Below, piece after piece: positions 55,893 to 64,000 of a stretch of DNA of 64,000 nt (within the stretch, counting starts at the first letter, position 1; the number at the start of each line of letters is the position of its first letter). Below the pieces are notes generated by a model. It ran no database searches. It had not been told where the DNA came from and saw nothing but the letters and a program-made list of their open reading frames with translations. The DNA comes from a virus. Location: UHGV virus genome UHGV-0312576; one strand, written 5' to 3'. Position numbers and translations under genes: made by a program.

Positions 55893-56504
55893 ATGCCAAG
55901 CATTACAAATAAGCAACTGGAGATTTTGGAATACATTAAAAATACAATATTAAGTGAAGGATATCCACCTGCCTTGCGGGAGATTTGTGAAGCAGTCCAT
56001 TTAAGGTCTACTTCTTCCGTTCATGCTCATTTGGCTACTTTGGAGAAAAATGGGTATATACGGCGTGACCCTGCAAAACCCAGAACCATTGAGATTTTAG
56101 ATGACTTGTTCAATTTTAGTACACGAGAAATGGTCAATATCCCAGTTGTCGGAACGGTAGCAGCCGGAGAACCTATATTAGCTGAAGAACGGGTTGAAGA
56201 CTATTTTCCATTCCCTGCCGAGGTACTCCATACAGATAAAGAAGTATTTATGTTGCGAGTCAAAGGTGAGAGTATGATTAATGCTGGAATAAAACCTGGC
56301 GATAAAATCATGGTGGAACAGCAGGACACAGCTGAAAATGGTGAGATTGTGGTAGCATTAATAGAAGATTCGGCTACAGTAAAACGTTTCTATAAAGAAC
56401 AAGACCATTACCGATTACAGCCTGAAAACGATACAATGGAGCCGATAATTGTAAGCGATGTACAAATACTGGGTAAAGTAGTTGGATTGATAAGAATGAT
56501 GTGA
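55893..56504 (+). CDS. lexA: LexA repressor (S24 peptidase).
   Basis: N-terminal LexA DNA-binding domain (ITNKQLEILEYIKNTILSEGYPPALREICEAVHLRSTSSVHAHLATLEKNGYIRRDPAKPRTIEIL). C-terminal S24 autopeptidase with VAAGEP cleavage site, MLRVKGESM Ser nucleophile and VKRFYKE Lys. RBS GGAGGG 6 nt upstream. The track gives a TTG start at 55875. Confidence 0.9.
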   Translation: MPSITNKQLEILEYIKNTILSEGYPPALREICEAVHLRSTSSVHAHLATLEKNGYIRRDPAKPRTIEILDDLFNFSTREMVNIPVVGTVAAGEPILAEERVEDYFPFPAEVLHTDKEVFMLRVKGESMINAGIKPGDKIMVEQQDTAENGEIVVALIEDSATVKRFYKEQDHYRLQPENDTMEPIIVSDVQILGKVVGLIRMM

Positions 56505-56597
56505 GGGATGGTATGGATGTAACTTGTGTTACTGATATTTTTAAATTTATGCATCGCGTTATGAATCTGGAAGTGGACGAGATAGAATATTGTGATG

Positions 56598-56894
56598 ATG
56601 AATCATATGATATGCCTACAGACGAGGAGGTGTCACCATTATATGAAGATAACGAGGGATAATCTTAATGAGGTCATGTTTGAAAATCATGATGCACGTT
56701 TGCTTATTGAGGATGTAGTTACTCATACCAGTGCCAATCTCTATTATTATCATGATATAGAGATAACAGTGCAGAAGGCTTTGGAGATTTGGCAAAAGGC
56801 ACAGTCCGCAGATGAAGATGAAATTGAAGGGCAATATAGTGTATCATTCCTTGACTTTTCAAAAGAACGTATACCAGAATTACTTTGTTCATAA
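56598..56894 (+). CDS. Hypothetical protein (about 98 aa) immediately upstream of the Y-family polymerase; possibly a YolD-like accessory protein.
   Basis: The position mirrors yolD-uvrX / yqjX-yqjW pairs. No motif recognised. Confidence 0.3.
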   Translation: MNHMICLQTRRCHHYMKITRDNLNEVMFENHDARLLIEDVVTHTSANLYYYHDIEITVQKALEIWQKAQSADEDEIEGQYSVSFLDFSKERIPELLCS

Positions 56895-56938
56895 GATGGG
56901 AACCAGAAGAACGGTTCCCTATAATTTCCACTATAAAC

Positions 56939-56960
56939 CGAACATACATTCGATTATAAT
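56939..56960 (+). promoter_or_regulatory. SOS-box-like CGAACATACATTCG abutting a TATAAT -10 element upstream of the Y-family polymerase gene.
   Basis: One mismatch to the CGAAC-N4-GTTCG consensus. Directly followed by ATTATAAT. Confidence 0.45.
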
Positions 56961-56981
56961 AAAACTAGAAGAGGTGATTAT

Positions 56982-58259
56982 GTGGAAAGAGTTATATTTC
57001 ATGTAGATGTAAATTCAGCGTTTCTTAGTTGGGAAGCGACATATCGAGTACATCATTTGGGAGCAAAATTGGATTTACGTGATATTCCAAGCGTGGTAGG
57101 TGGCGATCAAGAGAAACGGCATGGTATTATCCTGGCTAAATCCATACCAGCTAAGAAGTATAAAATCCAAACAGGAGAACCAGTAATAGACGCAAAGCGT
57201 AAATGTCCTGAGCTTGTTGTAGTTCCACCCAATTATAATCTATACCAACGGTCTTCAAATGCGTTACTGTCAATTCTACGACGCTATACGGACAAAATAG
57301 AGCAGTATAGCATTGACGAAGCGTTCATGGATATGACAGGAACTAAAGTATTTGGAAAACCAGAGGAAGTGGCAAATGAGATCCGGGAGACGGTTTATCG
57401 AGAATTAGGCTTTACAGTAAATATTGGAGTATCCTATAACAAGATTCTGGCTAAGATGGCATCGGATTTCCAAAAGCCCAATAGGGTTCATACCCTCTGG
57501 CCGGATGAGATACCAATTAAAATGTGGCCTTTGCCAGTGAGGGATTTATTTTTTGTCGGTCATGCAACAGAGAATAAATTATTAAACTTAGGAATCAGGA
57601 CAATAGGAGAAATCGCAACATTTGATCCATATATTTTAAAGTCACATATGCATAAACATGGCGTGACAATTTGGAAATTTGCGCACGGAATTGATGTGTC
57701 AGAGGTGATTGACACACCACCGCCAAATAAAGGGTATGGTAATAGTACTACAATAGCCTTTGATGTGACCGATACAAAGACTGCTAAATTGGTTCTATTG
57801 TCTTTGGCAGAGACAGTAAGTGCAAGGCTCCGAGCTGATGGAGTCAAGATTGGTGTTGTATCTATAAGCATTCGTGACTGCAATTTGCAATTTTATGGTC
57901 ATCAAATTACGTTGGATGTATCTACTGATTTAACAACGGAAATTTATGATGCAGCTTGCCGATGTTTTGATGAACTTTGGAATGGGATACCAATACGACA
58001 TTTAGGTATCCATACAGAGCGCGTAAATGGCTCAGAATGCCGCCAAATGAGTTTGTTCGACGGAACGGACTACGAGAAACAAAAATGCGTAGAAATGGCC
58101 GTAGATGCGCTAAGAAAACGATTTGGGATTGACAGTATCAAAAGAGCATCGTTCATTGAATCTCCAAACAGGGATAAAGAAAATTTGATTGACCATATGA
58201 GTGGTGGAATCAGTCGTGAAAAGCGCACTGTGGATTATGAAAAGGAAATTATTATTTAA
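56982..58259 (+). CDS. dinB: Y-family DNA polymerase (DinB / UmuC-like translesion polymerase).
   Basis: N-terminal IFHVDVNSAFLSWE (the hVDmD.FFA.vE motif). Size 425 aa. GTG start with a GAGGTG RBS. Confidence 0.85.
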   Translation: MERVIFHVDVNSAFLSWEATYRVHHLGAKLDLRDIPSVVGGDQEKRHGIILAKSIPAKKYKIQTGEPVIDAKRKCPELVVVPPNYNLYQRSSNALLSILRRYTDKIEQYSIDEAFMDMTGTKVFGKPEEVANEIRETVYRELGFTVNIGVSYNKILAKMASDFQKPNRVHTLWPDEIPIKMWPLPVRDLFFVGHATENKLLNLGIRTIGEIATFDPYILKSHMHKHGVTIWKFAHGIDVSEVIDTPPPNKGYGNSTTIAFDVTDTKTAKLVLLSLAETVSARLRADGVKIGVVSISIRDCNLQFYGHQITLDVSTDLTTEIYDAACRCFDELWNGIPIRHLGIHTERVNGSECRQMSLFDGTDYEKQKCVEMAVDALRKRFGIDSIKRASFIESPNRDKENLIDHMSGGISREKRTVDYEKEIII

Positions 58260-58273
58260 GGAGTTGAGTAGTT

Positions 58274-58588
58274 ATGTCTATCTTTGGCATAGGGACGAAT
58301 TCGCAAGAAACGGATAATGGAGAATTAAAGGGACAAATGTATCATATTGCATGTATGGCATGGTTTCCCGCTTACAGTAAAGACCCTATTCCTGTGAGTT
58401 TTAAATTTATGGGTGATGATGGATCATGCCAGAGAGTAAGTGATATTTCGGTAATGGAAGATGAAGAAAAAAATTACGCTGGAATACCAAGCCGCGAATA
58501 CAAATGTAAAGCATTTATTGGTGGATTGGAACAGATCTTTAAATTAGTGTACTTTACGGAGGAATATAAATGGGTAATGGTAATTTGA
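58274..58588 (+). CDS. Hypothetical protein (104 aa).
   Basis: RBS AAGGAGTTGAGTAGTT then ATG. Confidence 0.4.
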   Translation: MSIFGIGTNSQETDNGELKGQMYHIACMAWFPAYSKDPIPVSFKFMGDDGSCQRVSDISVMEDEEKNYAGIPSREYKCKAFIGGLEQIFKLVYFTEEYKWVMVI

Positions 58589-58791
58589 CAGCTAAAGAAG
58601 ACATATCTATTGAGAACTTATATAATTTTATTCGTGCTTCACTGGTGGCGCTACAACCTACAGATGGATTTGGCGAAGCTGATTTTACTTGCCCCATTTG
58701 TGGCTCTCAAGCACACATCAGGAGAGATAAGGGTGAAATATATAATAATGGAGATATATCGTGCCGGTGCGGGTATTCCTTTCATTTCTAG
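58570..58791 (+). CDS. Small zinc-ribbon protein (73 aa).
   Basis: CPICGSQ...CRCG. Overlaps the upstream ORF end. Confidence 0.4.
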   Translation: MGNGNLTAKEDISIENLYNFIRASLVALQPTDGFGEADFTCPICGSQAHIRRDKGEIYNNGDISCRCGYSFHF

Positions 58792-58857
58792 CTTGTGTCA
58801 CGATTAATAACATGATAAGATAGTGAACAGATTTGCAAAGGATGTGGTATATAACTG

Positions 58858-59172
58858 ATGAATCATGAACTTACTGTACAGGCTGTACATATTAAAACAA
58901 CGATATTTAATCCGCCAGCACGATTAATCAACTGTAAGGAATTATGTTGTGCTTTTGGATTTGCATATAAACAGGCAGGACTTCAATGCCCAAATATTCA
59001 AGAAGGTGCGCAAATAGAAGAGAGTATCAAAAGTTGTCTGGGAGATATTGAAGGTAAGGACATTGATGAAAAAGTGAGGGAAATAATATCTAGCTATATT
59101 TTAAAGCCAGATGAAGTAATTAATGAAGATGCACTTACTATTTTGAAGATGGGCTATGAAATAGGAAGATGA
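58858..59172 (+). CDS. Hypothetical protein (104 aa).
   Basis: ORF. Confidence 0.4.
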   Translation: MNHELTVQAVHIKTTIFNPPARLINCKELCCAFGFAYKQAGLQCPNIQEGAQIEESIKSCLGDIEGKDIDEKVREIISSYILKPDEVINEDALTILKMGYEIGR

Positions 59173-59229
59173 AAATGGTAAATATTACCAGTGGTTTTTT
59201 GAAAGTTTAGAGTTAAAATTAAATCAGGG

Positions 59230-59418
59230 GTGGCGCTTATGGATAAAGATAAGAATTCCAATGAGCCTGATTTTAATGAAGTCAATATGACAGATGAGGA
59301 ACTGTTGGACGAATTTGAACGTGCGAAAAGGATAATCTGTGATGAGATACCTAAAGCCCCGCCAGATGAATTTGAAATCATTTGGCAAAGGATTATGAGA
59401 GAGGAGGATGAAAAATAG
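59230..59418 (+). CDS. Small acidic hypothetical protein (62 aa).
   Basis: RBS CAGGGGTGGCGCTT then ATG. Confidence 0.35.
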   Translation: MALMDKDKNSNEPDFNEVNMTDEELLDEFERAKRIICDEIPKAPPDEFEIIWQRIMREEDEK

Positions 59419-59439
59419 ATTTCATAGCTAAAAGTAAAA

Positions 59440-59483
59440 AATAGGATGACCGAGCAACATACTCAGTCATCCTATTTGCTTTT
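59440..59483 (+). terminator. Terminator hairpin AATAGGATGAC...GTCATCCTATT followed by TGCTTTTG.
   Basis: 11-bp inverted repeat with a 15-nt loop. T-rich tail. Confidence 0.45.
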
Positions 59484-59484
59484 G

Positions 59485-59600
59485 AAAAACTAAAAAAGCT
59501 TTAAAAACAGCTAAAAACCTTTGAAAACCTTATAAAAGTTTAAAATATATAAAAATGCACTAATTTATTTACAAAATCGTCAATCTGTGTTATAATCCTT
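59485..59600 (+). promoter_or_regulatory. About 80 bp of phased A-tracts (GAAAAAC, TAAAAAAG, TTTAAAAAC, GCTAAAAAC, TTTGAAAAC...) followed by a strong sigma-A-type promoter: -35 TTTACA (59568-59573), 17-bp spacer, extended -10 TGtTATAAT (59588-59596).
   Basis: Read directly. The A-tract periodicity of about 10-11 bp suggests curved UP-element-like DNA. Confidence 0.5.
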
Positions 59601-59640
59601 CTTATGAAAGTGGAATATAAAGAAAAGGAGAAGAAAATCT

Positions 59641-60111
59641 ATGTTTGTTGTAAATCATAGGCTATTTGATTCTAAAAATGCTGATGTTATATATGACGCA
59701 TTAGAAGATTGCATTCAGGTATCTATTAACAGTTATTATGTTTTAAACAATTACAGGAGAACTACAAAGGGTCAATATGATATTGTGAAAAAATACTATT
59801 CCATAACACTTGATTTGGAAACGGCTAAATTTAAGACAATAGAAAAAATGAAGAATGAGAAATTGAGCAGTATTCAAATAGAGAAAAGAATTGCAGAAAA
59901 TGAGGAAATACTTCGCTCAATAGTGTATTACGCTTTAAATAATAAAAGCAAAGCAATTACTTACAGTGAGCCATTTGATAAAGCCATATTGCAATCAGGA
60001 TATACTGATGAAACTTGTCAGAAGGGACTCACATATGTGATTAGAACAAATGCAAGACAGGAGATAGATGATAGTGTTTCTTATACAGACATTACTCTTG
60101 ATGCATATTAA
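59641..60111 (+). CDS. Hypothetical protein (156 aa).
   Basis: RBS AAAGGAGAAGAAAATCT then ATG. Driven by the strong promoter above. Confidence 0.5.
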   Translation: MFVVNHRLFDSKNADVIYDALEDCIQVSINSYYVLNNYRRTTKGQYDIVKKYYSITLDLETAKFKTIEKMKNEKLSSIQIEKRIAENEEILRSIVYYALNNKSKAITYSEPFDKAILQSGYTDETCQKGLTYVIRTNARQEIDDSVSYTDITLDAY

Positions 60112-60168
60112 AAGAGAGATTTTGCGCGACCGTCCAAAGTTTTAGCAAAATCTCCCCCTCATGGAATT

Positions 60169-60417
60169 GTGCTTATACATAGCAAAAACCACTTTCATTT
60201 TAGCATGATTCCATGTGATAGTCAAATATCATTATGGAAGGAGGAGTTATTGCTAATGGATTTAAAACATAAAATACGGCTTATTATATTGGATATTTCA
60301 GGTATGTATTCTCAAATTTATGATGAAATGTATATTGACGATAATCCAGAAGAAATACATAATGCGATATCAAGATTCTATTCAAGCCAATACTGTATAG
60401 TACAAATTAGATACTAA
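60169..60417 (+). CDS. Hypothetical protein (82 aa).
   Basis: ORF. Followed by a terminator. Confidence 0.35.
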   Translation: MLIHSKNHFHFSMIPCDSQISLWKEELLLMDLKHKIRLIILDISGMYSQIYDEMYIDDNPEEIHNAISRFYSSQYCIVQIRY

Positions 60418-60425
60418 TAATTATG

Positions 60426-60454
60426 AGGACTCCTTTCACGGGAGTCCTTTTGCG
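60426..60454 (+). terminator. Rho-independent terminator GGACTCC-tttcac-GGGAGTCC followed by TTTTG.
   Basis: Read directly. Confidence 0.6.
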
Positions 60455-60555
60455 TTACAAGATGAAAATTATAACTTATTTGATTGCCTATACTGAAACC
60501 AAGTGGTACACTTATAATAGAAAAATATGGGAGGGGAATATAAAACAAAAAGTAT

Positions 60556-60771
60556 ATGATGGTGATTAATATAAGACTGGAAGAACTCTTAAAAGAAAAG
60601 GGAGTTAGTAAAAATAAATTATGCCAGAATTGTAAATTGGAACGGACGCAGCTTAATAATTACTGTAAGAATAAAGTTAAAAGAGTTGATTTAGCACTAT
60701 TAGCTCGCATGTGCGATTATCTGGATTGCACTGTGAATGATATATTGGATTTTAAAGAGCAGGATTTATAA
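60556..60771 (+). CDS. XRE-family helix-turn-helix transcriptional regulator (Cro/CI-like, 71 aa).
   Basis: INIRLEELLKEKGVSKNKLCQNCKLERTQLNNY is a typical HTH_XRE pattern. Confidence 0.55.
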   Translation: MMVINIRLEELLKEKGVSKNKLCQNCKLERTQLNNYCKNKVKRVDLALLARMCDYLDCTVNDILDFKEQDL

Positions 60772-60793
60772 TGACTACATATGAGGAGGGGTT

Positions 60794-61963
60794 ATGAATA
60801 AAACAAGAAAAAGTATTATTTGGTTACTAGCAACACTGATTTTGATGAGCTGCTTTGGTATGTCTGGATGCTCAATAGGGAAGAATACATTAATTCAAGA
60901 CACACCTGCAATAGCTGAGAGCAGCAACAAAGACGCAGACTTGGTGAAGGCTACAAAGACATCTTCTGTGCTTAGTGTTCATTTTATTGATGTAGGACAA
61001 GGTGACAGTATCCTTATTCAATCTGGCGATCATGATATGTTAGTGGACGCTGGTGAGAATGACCAGGGAGATACTGTAGTTACATACCTTCATAGCCAAG
61101 GGATAGAGAAGCTGGATTATGTTATAGGTACACATCCGCATTCAGACCATATTGGTGGGCTGGACGATGTAATCAATAACTTCTCAATTGATAAAGTAAT
61201 CCTTCCTCCAGTAGAGAATACCACAAAGACTTATGAAGATGTTCTGGATGCAATCAGTTCACAAGGTCTAAAGGTAACTAAACCAGTAGCTGGAGATACA
61301 TATAAATTGGGATATGCTTCATTCCAGATAATTGCTCCTAATGGCAATTACGGTGATGATCTCAATAATTGGTCTGTGGGAATCAAACTTACTAATGGAG
61401 ACAACAGCTTCGTGATGTGCGGTGATGCTGAGAGCCAGGCCGAAGCTGACATTTGTGCAAGTGGAATTAACTTATCTGCCGATGTTCTGAAGCTTGGGCA
61501 TCATGGTAGTAAAACATCCACATCCGGAGCGTTTTTGAATAAAGTAAATCCGGAATATGCAGTGATTAGCTGTGGTATGGGAAACTCCTATGGACATCCA
61601 CATAAGGAAACATTAAATAAATTACACAGCAAAGGTGTTAAGATTTTAAGAACGGATGAACAAGGAACGGTAATTGCGACATCAGATGGAACTGATATTA
61701 CATGGAGCACCCAGCCAAGCACGACAAATAAAGCTGGTCAATTAACTGGAACACAGGAATCAGCTAAGGAAGCAAAATCAACAGAAGCAACAATTGCGTC
61801 AGCCCAGGCAAAAGCTATTACTTATGTATTGAACACTAAAACGAAGAAATTTCATTTACCTACATGTGGCTCATTGCCAACAACTAATCGTGAGAATACT
61901 GACGAAAGTCGAGACGAAGTGATAGCAGATGGATATGTGCCATGTAAGAAGTGTAATCCATAA
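60794..61963 (+). CDS. Secreted / lipoprotein metallo-beta-lactamase-fold hydrolase of the ComEC C-terminal-domain type, with a C-terminal Cys motif (HLPTCG...CKKCNP).
   Basis: Signal peptide LLATLILMSCFGMSGCS. MBL motifs HFIDVGQGDS, GTHPHSDHIGG and LGHHGS. Confidence 0.65.
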   Translation: MNKTRKSIIWLLATLILMSCFGMSGCSIGKNTLIQDTPAIAESSNKDADLVKATKTSSVLSVHFIDVGQGDSILIQSGDHDMLVDAGENDQGDTVVTYLHSQGIEKLDYVIGTHPHSDHIGGLDDVINNFSIDKVILPPVENTTKTYEDVLDAISSQGLKVTKPVAGDTYKLGYASFQIIAPNGNYGDDLNNWSVGIKLTNGDNSFVMCGDAESQAEADICASGINLSADVLKLGHHGSKTSTSGAFLNKVNPEYAVISCGMGNSYGHPHKETLNKLHSKGVKILRTDEQGTVIATSDGTDITWSTQPSTTNKAGQLTGTQESAKEAKSTEATIASAQAKAITYVLNTKTKKFHLPTCGSLPTTNRENTDESRDEVIADGYVPCKKCNP

Positions 61964-61987
61964 GCTGATTTATCAAGGTGAAGTGTA

Positions 61988-62704
61988 ATGGATAATAAAA
62001 ATGAGGATAAAAGAAAGCTTCGTTATAATAAAAACACGCATGAATTAGACTTAATAGATATAGAAGATGATAACATAACTCGTTTTTCATTTTTTGAAAA
62101 GTTAAAGGTCATACTAATTAGAAATGAGATAATTTATAAGACAATTTTCACCCTTTTCGGAACAATGATGACAATTGCTTTAACATATGCAGGAGTCAAG
62201 GTTGCTTCTATGGCAAATACAATTGCAAAAGAGCAGGTGGATATTCAGTCAAAAGAAATAGATATTGCTCTAAATGAGAAGCTACCTTTTTTTGAGATTA
62301 TACGACTTGATGAAATATCTATAAATGCTGATAATTTTATATGTGAATATGGAGAAGATATAGATATAAATGGAGATATTGTATTTGATATGAAAAAGTT
62401 GATTAAGGATTTTGAATTAGAATTTTATAACAAATATGGGGCTAGTTATGTAGATTGTTATAATTCCCCTAATGCCAGAGACTTATCTTTTTATATTGAC
62501 AATATGGATACAAATTATTATTCGGAAATGATATTTTCTTTGGCTCCAGATATCCCTACTCTAATAAAAGACATCTTAGTAAGTAATGAAAATGATTCAT
62601 TATTAAACCTATTGCAGAAAGATATAAATAAAAAAATAAGAAGAGCTGTTGGTGGTTTACAAATTCTAAATAAGCCTGCAAATGAAAAGTCAATAGAGAA
62701 TTGA
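61988..62704 (+). CDS. Membrane-anchored hypothetical protein (238 aa, one N-proximal TM).
   Basis: TM segment IIYKTIFTLFGTMMTIALTYAGV. Confidence 0.45.
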   Translation: MDNKNEDKRKLRYNKNTHELDLIDIEDDNITRFSFFEKLKVILIRNEIIYKTIFTLFGTMMTIALTYAGVKVASMANTIAKEQVDIQSKEIDIALNEKLPFFEIIRLDEISINADNFICEYGEDIDINGDIVFDMKKLIKDFELEFYNKYGASYVDCYNSPNARDLSFYIDNMDTNYYSEMIFSLAPDIPTLIKDILVSNENDSLLNLLQKDINKKIRRAVGGLQILNKPANEKSIEN

Positions 62705-62709
62705 GGAAG

Positions 62710-64000
62710 TTTGCAAAAAAGTTTTATGCAGCGTTTAGGAACTACAAAAAGACCACCGTAAAACGCTGGCCTATTGGATGTTAAGTCAAGGTTATTCTGG
62801 TTTGGGTAAGGCAGCTAAATACTCCTTCACACGGCCATAGTAGATTCGCAGGAACTTATTGGCACCGGCAGTCATGTAGACATAGTACGGCTTCCCTTCT
62901 AAACGTTTCTTGTCCAGAAAGCGATAAACAGCGTCATCGGAAGGAGCGGACTTAATTAGGACGTCCATGATCTGAAACAACGTTTTGCGCAGCTGCGGTG
63001 ATCCTCGCTTGGATGTACGGACACTACGTGCCTCATAGGTGCCGGATTGATTGACCCCAGGGTCCACACCGGCAAATGCAGTTAATGCTTCACGATGGGA
63101 AAAGCGAGAGAGATCGCCTATTTCGGCCATAAGTTGAGGGCCGAGTGAGGGGCCTACCCCCTTCATGGCCATGACTACCTGATACTCTGGCAGTTGGGCG
63201 GCGAGACGGTTCATTTCCAGGCGGAGCTGTTCCACTGTGAAAGATACCGTATTGAGCTGCTCCACAGCCTGCTTAACCAAAAACTTAGTCACAGAGTCTT
63301 TCGTGAACACGGAAATCAGTTCTTTGGAAAACGAATAAATCTGTGCTGGTTTCTCTGGTTGGAAGTTATAGCCGTGCCGTTTGCACCATTTTTGATAGCG
63401 CTCAGTAAACGTAGCAAGCCCAAGAGAACGCACACAGTCCACGTGCCAGAATGAGGAAACAAAGTCTACCCATTTCTGGCTGCCATCGCTGCGGGCAGGA
63501 CTGTCAAAGAAGTCATTAATGCCAGGGTAAGTCTGATCCAGCAGGGAGATGAGGTTGTTCTTGTAAGAGGTTTTCTGTTTCATGTAGAAGCTGAACTGGT
63601 GATTCATGGTTTTTAATTGATTGCGAATGATATCCATACTGGTATACTGGCGCAAATCCTGCCAGTTGTCAAGAGCATAGCGTGCAATCTTAACGGAATC
63701 AGCTTTATCTGTTTTAACTTTACGGAGAGTGTTATTGCCGTAATCCTTAATCAGCTTTGGATTAACCGTACTGACAAAGAAACCAGAGTCAGAGAGCCAT
63801 CGGGCCATAGGTTCGTAATACCGTCCTGTATGCTCCATGATAATCCGAGTACTACCGTCCAGAGAATTGAGCTGATCAACTAGCTGATGGAAACCACTGG
63901 AAGTATGCGGAACTTCAAATGGCTTGGCAACAATTTCGCCGAACGGGCGGAGGGCAGCAACCATACTTTTACCTTTAGAAACATCAATACCAACTGCGTT
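62710..64000 (-). mobile_element. Second IS110-family element (partial, runs off the window).
   Basis: Transposase gene plus a short 3' flank. Boundaries not defined. Confidence 0.5.
62792..64000 (-). CDS. IS110-family transposase, 5' end beyond the window. The in-frame continuation to position 64000 encodes NAVGIDVSKGKS.
   Basis: The GIDVSK DEDD motif falls in the last 36 nt of the window. C-terminal KFLRIYYGRV. Clearly a different IS110 member from the copy at 4479-5672. Confidence 0.8.
   Translation of the reverse strand, partial: NAVGIDVSKGKSMVAALRPFGEIVAKPFEVPHTSSGFHQLVDQLNSLDGSTRIIMEHTGRYYEPMARWLSDSGFFVSTVNPKLIKDYGNNTLRKVKTDKADSVKIARYALDNWQDLRQYTSMDIIRNQLKTMNHQFSFYMKQKTSYKNNLISLLDQTYPGINDFFDSPARSDGSQKWVDFVSSFWHVDCVRSLGLATFTERYQKWCKRHGYNFQPEKPAQIYSFSKELISVFTKDSVTKFLVKQAVEQLNTVSFTVEQLRLEMNRLAAQLPEYQVVMAMKGVGPSLGPQLMAEIGDLSRFSHREALTAFAGVDPGVNQSGTYEARSVRTSKRGSPQLRKTLFQIMDVLIKSAPSDDAVYRFLDKKRLEGKPYYVYMTAGANKFLRIYYGRVKEYLAALPKPE

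Noticed and set aside
56812-57006. ORF 56812-57006 and the minus-strand ORFs 56616-56949 near the dinB start.
   Set aside because: They overlap the SOS-box/promoter region and the dinB 5' end in other frames, with no RBS. Likely spurious.
4479-64000. The two IS110 transposases as copies of the same IS.
   Set aside because: Protein sequences differ over most of their length (for example MLAVGIDVSKSKSTVAII vs NAVGIDVSKGKSMVAAL, with different C-terminal halves), so they are different family members, not a duplicated element or composite transposon.

Overview
The window is AT-rich (about 33-38% GC), low-GC Firmicutes / Clostridia-like, and reads as the early, replication and nucleotide-metabolism part of a large temperate phage or prophage. 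No capsid, tail or terminase genes are visible. Nearly all genes are on the + strand and tightly packed, often with overlapping stop and start codons.

Recognisable products, in order:
- a phage sigma-70-family sigma factor (partial at the window start) and a DUF262 protein
- a run of tiny zinc-ribbon ORFs
- an IS110-family insertion (4479-5672, minus strand)
- a YopX-like protein and an N6-adenine MTase-like protein
- an RNA-repair cassette: RNA ligase, polynucleotide kinase fused to an HD phosphohydrolase, and a small PRTase-fold protein
- a SLOG/DUF2493 protein and a PAPS-reductase-like PP-loop protein
- an ADP-ribosylglycohydrolase
- tRNA-Gln(TTG), tRNA-Met(CAT) and degenerate tRNA-like fragments
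- a putative SSB, an AAA_24/Sak4-like ATPase, DnaB-like helicase, DnaG-like primase, RecJ-like DHH exonuclease, Pol III alpha, RecD-like helicase and a beta-class DNA MTase
- an ATP-dependent DNA ligase and a Crh/HPr-like protein
- ThyX-like, dNMP/guanylate-kinase-like, HAD deoxyribonucleotidase, NrdD, NrdG and dUTPase
- a secreted SleB-type cell wall hydrolase
- a tyrosine integrase followed by a repeat-rich att-like region containing a tRNA acceptor/T-arm minihelix

From about 55.5 kb the sequence looks host-like: lexA and a Y-family polymerase, each with Cheo-type SOS boxes, then an XRE HTH protein, a secreted ComEC-like MBL hydrolase and a second, different IS110 transposase that runs off the window end.

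The signals most worth a second look are the phage Crh-like HPr lacking the catalytic His, the tRNA-repair cassette next to phage tRNAs, the phage ADP-ribosylglycohydrolase, the GTTTC(G/C)TGTG motif recurring between a stop codon and the next Shine-Dalgarno, the paired CTATATATAG palindromes, and the attP-like repeat architecture after the integrase.

All calls rest on motif recognition in the translated ORFs and on reading the DNA by eye. No database search was run.
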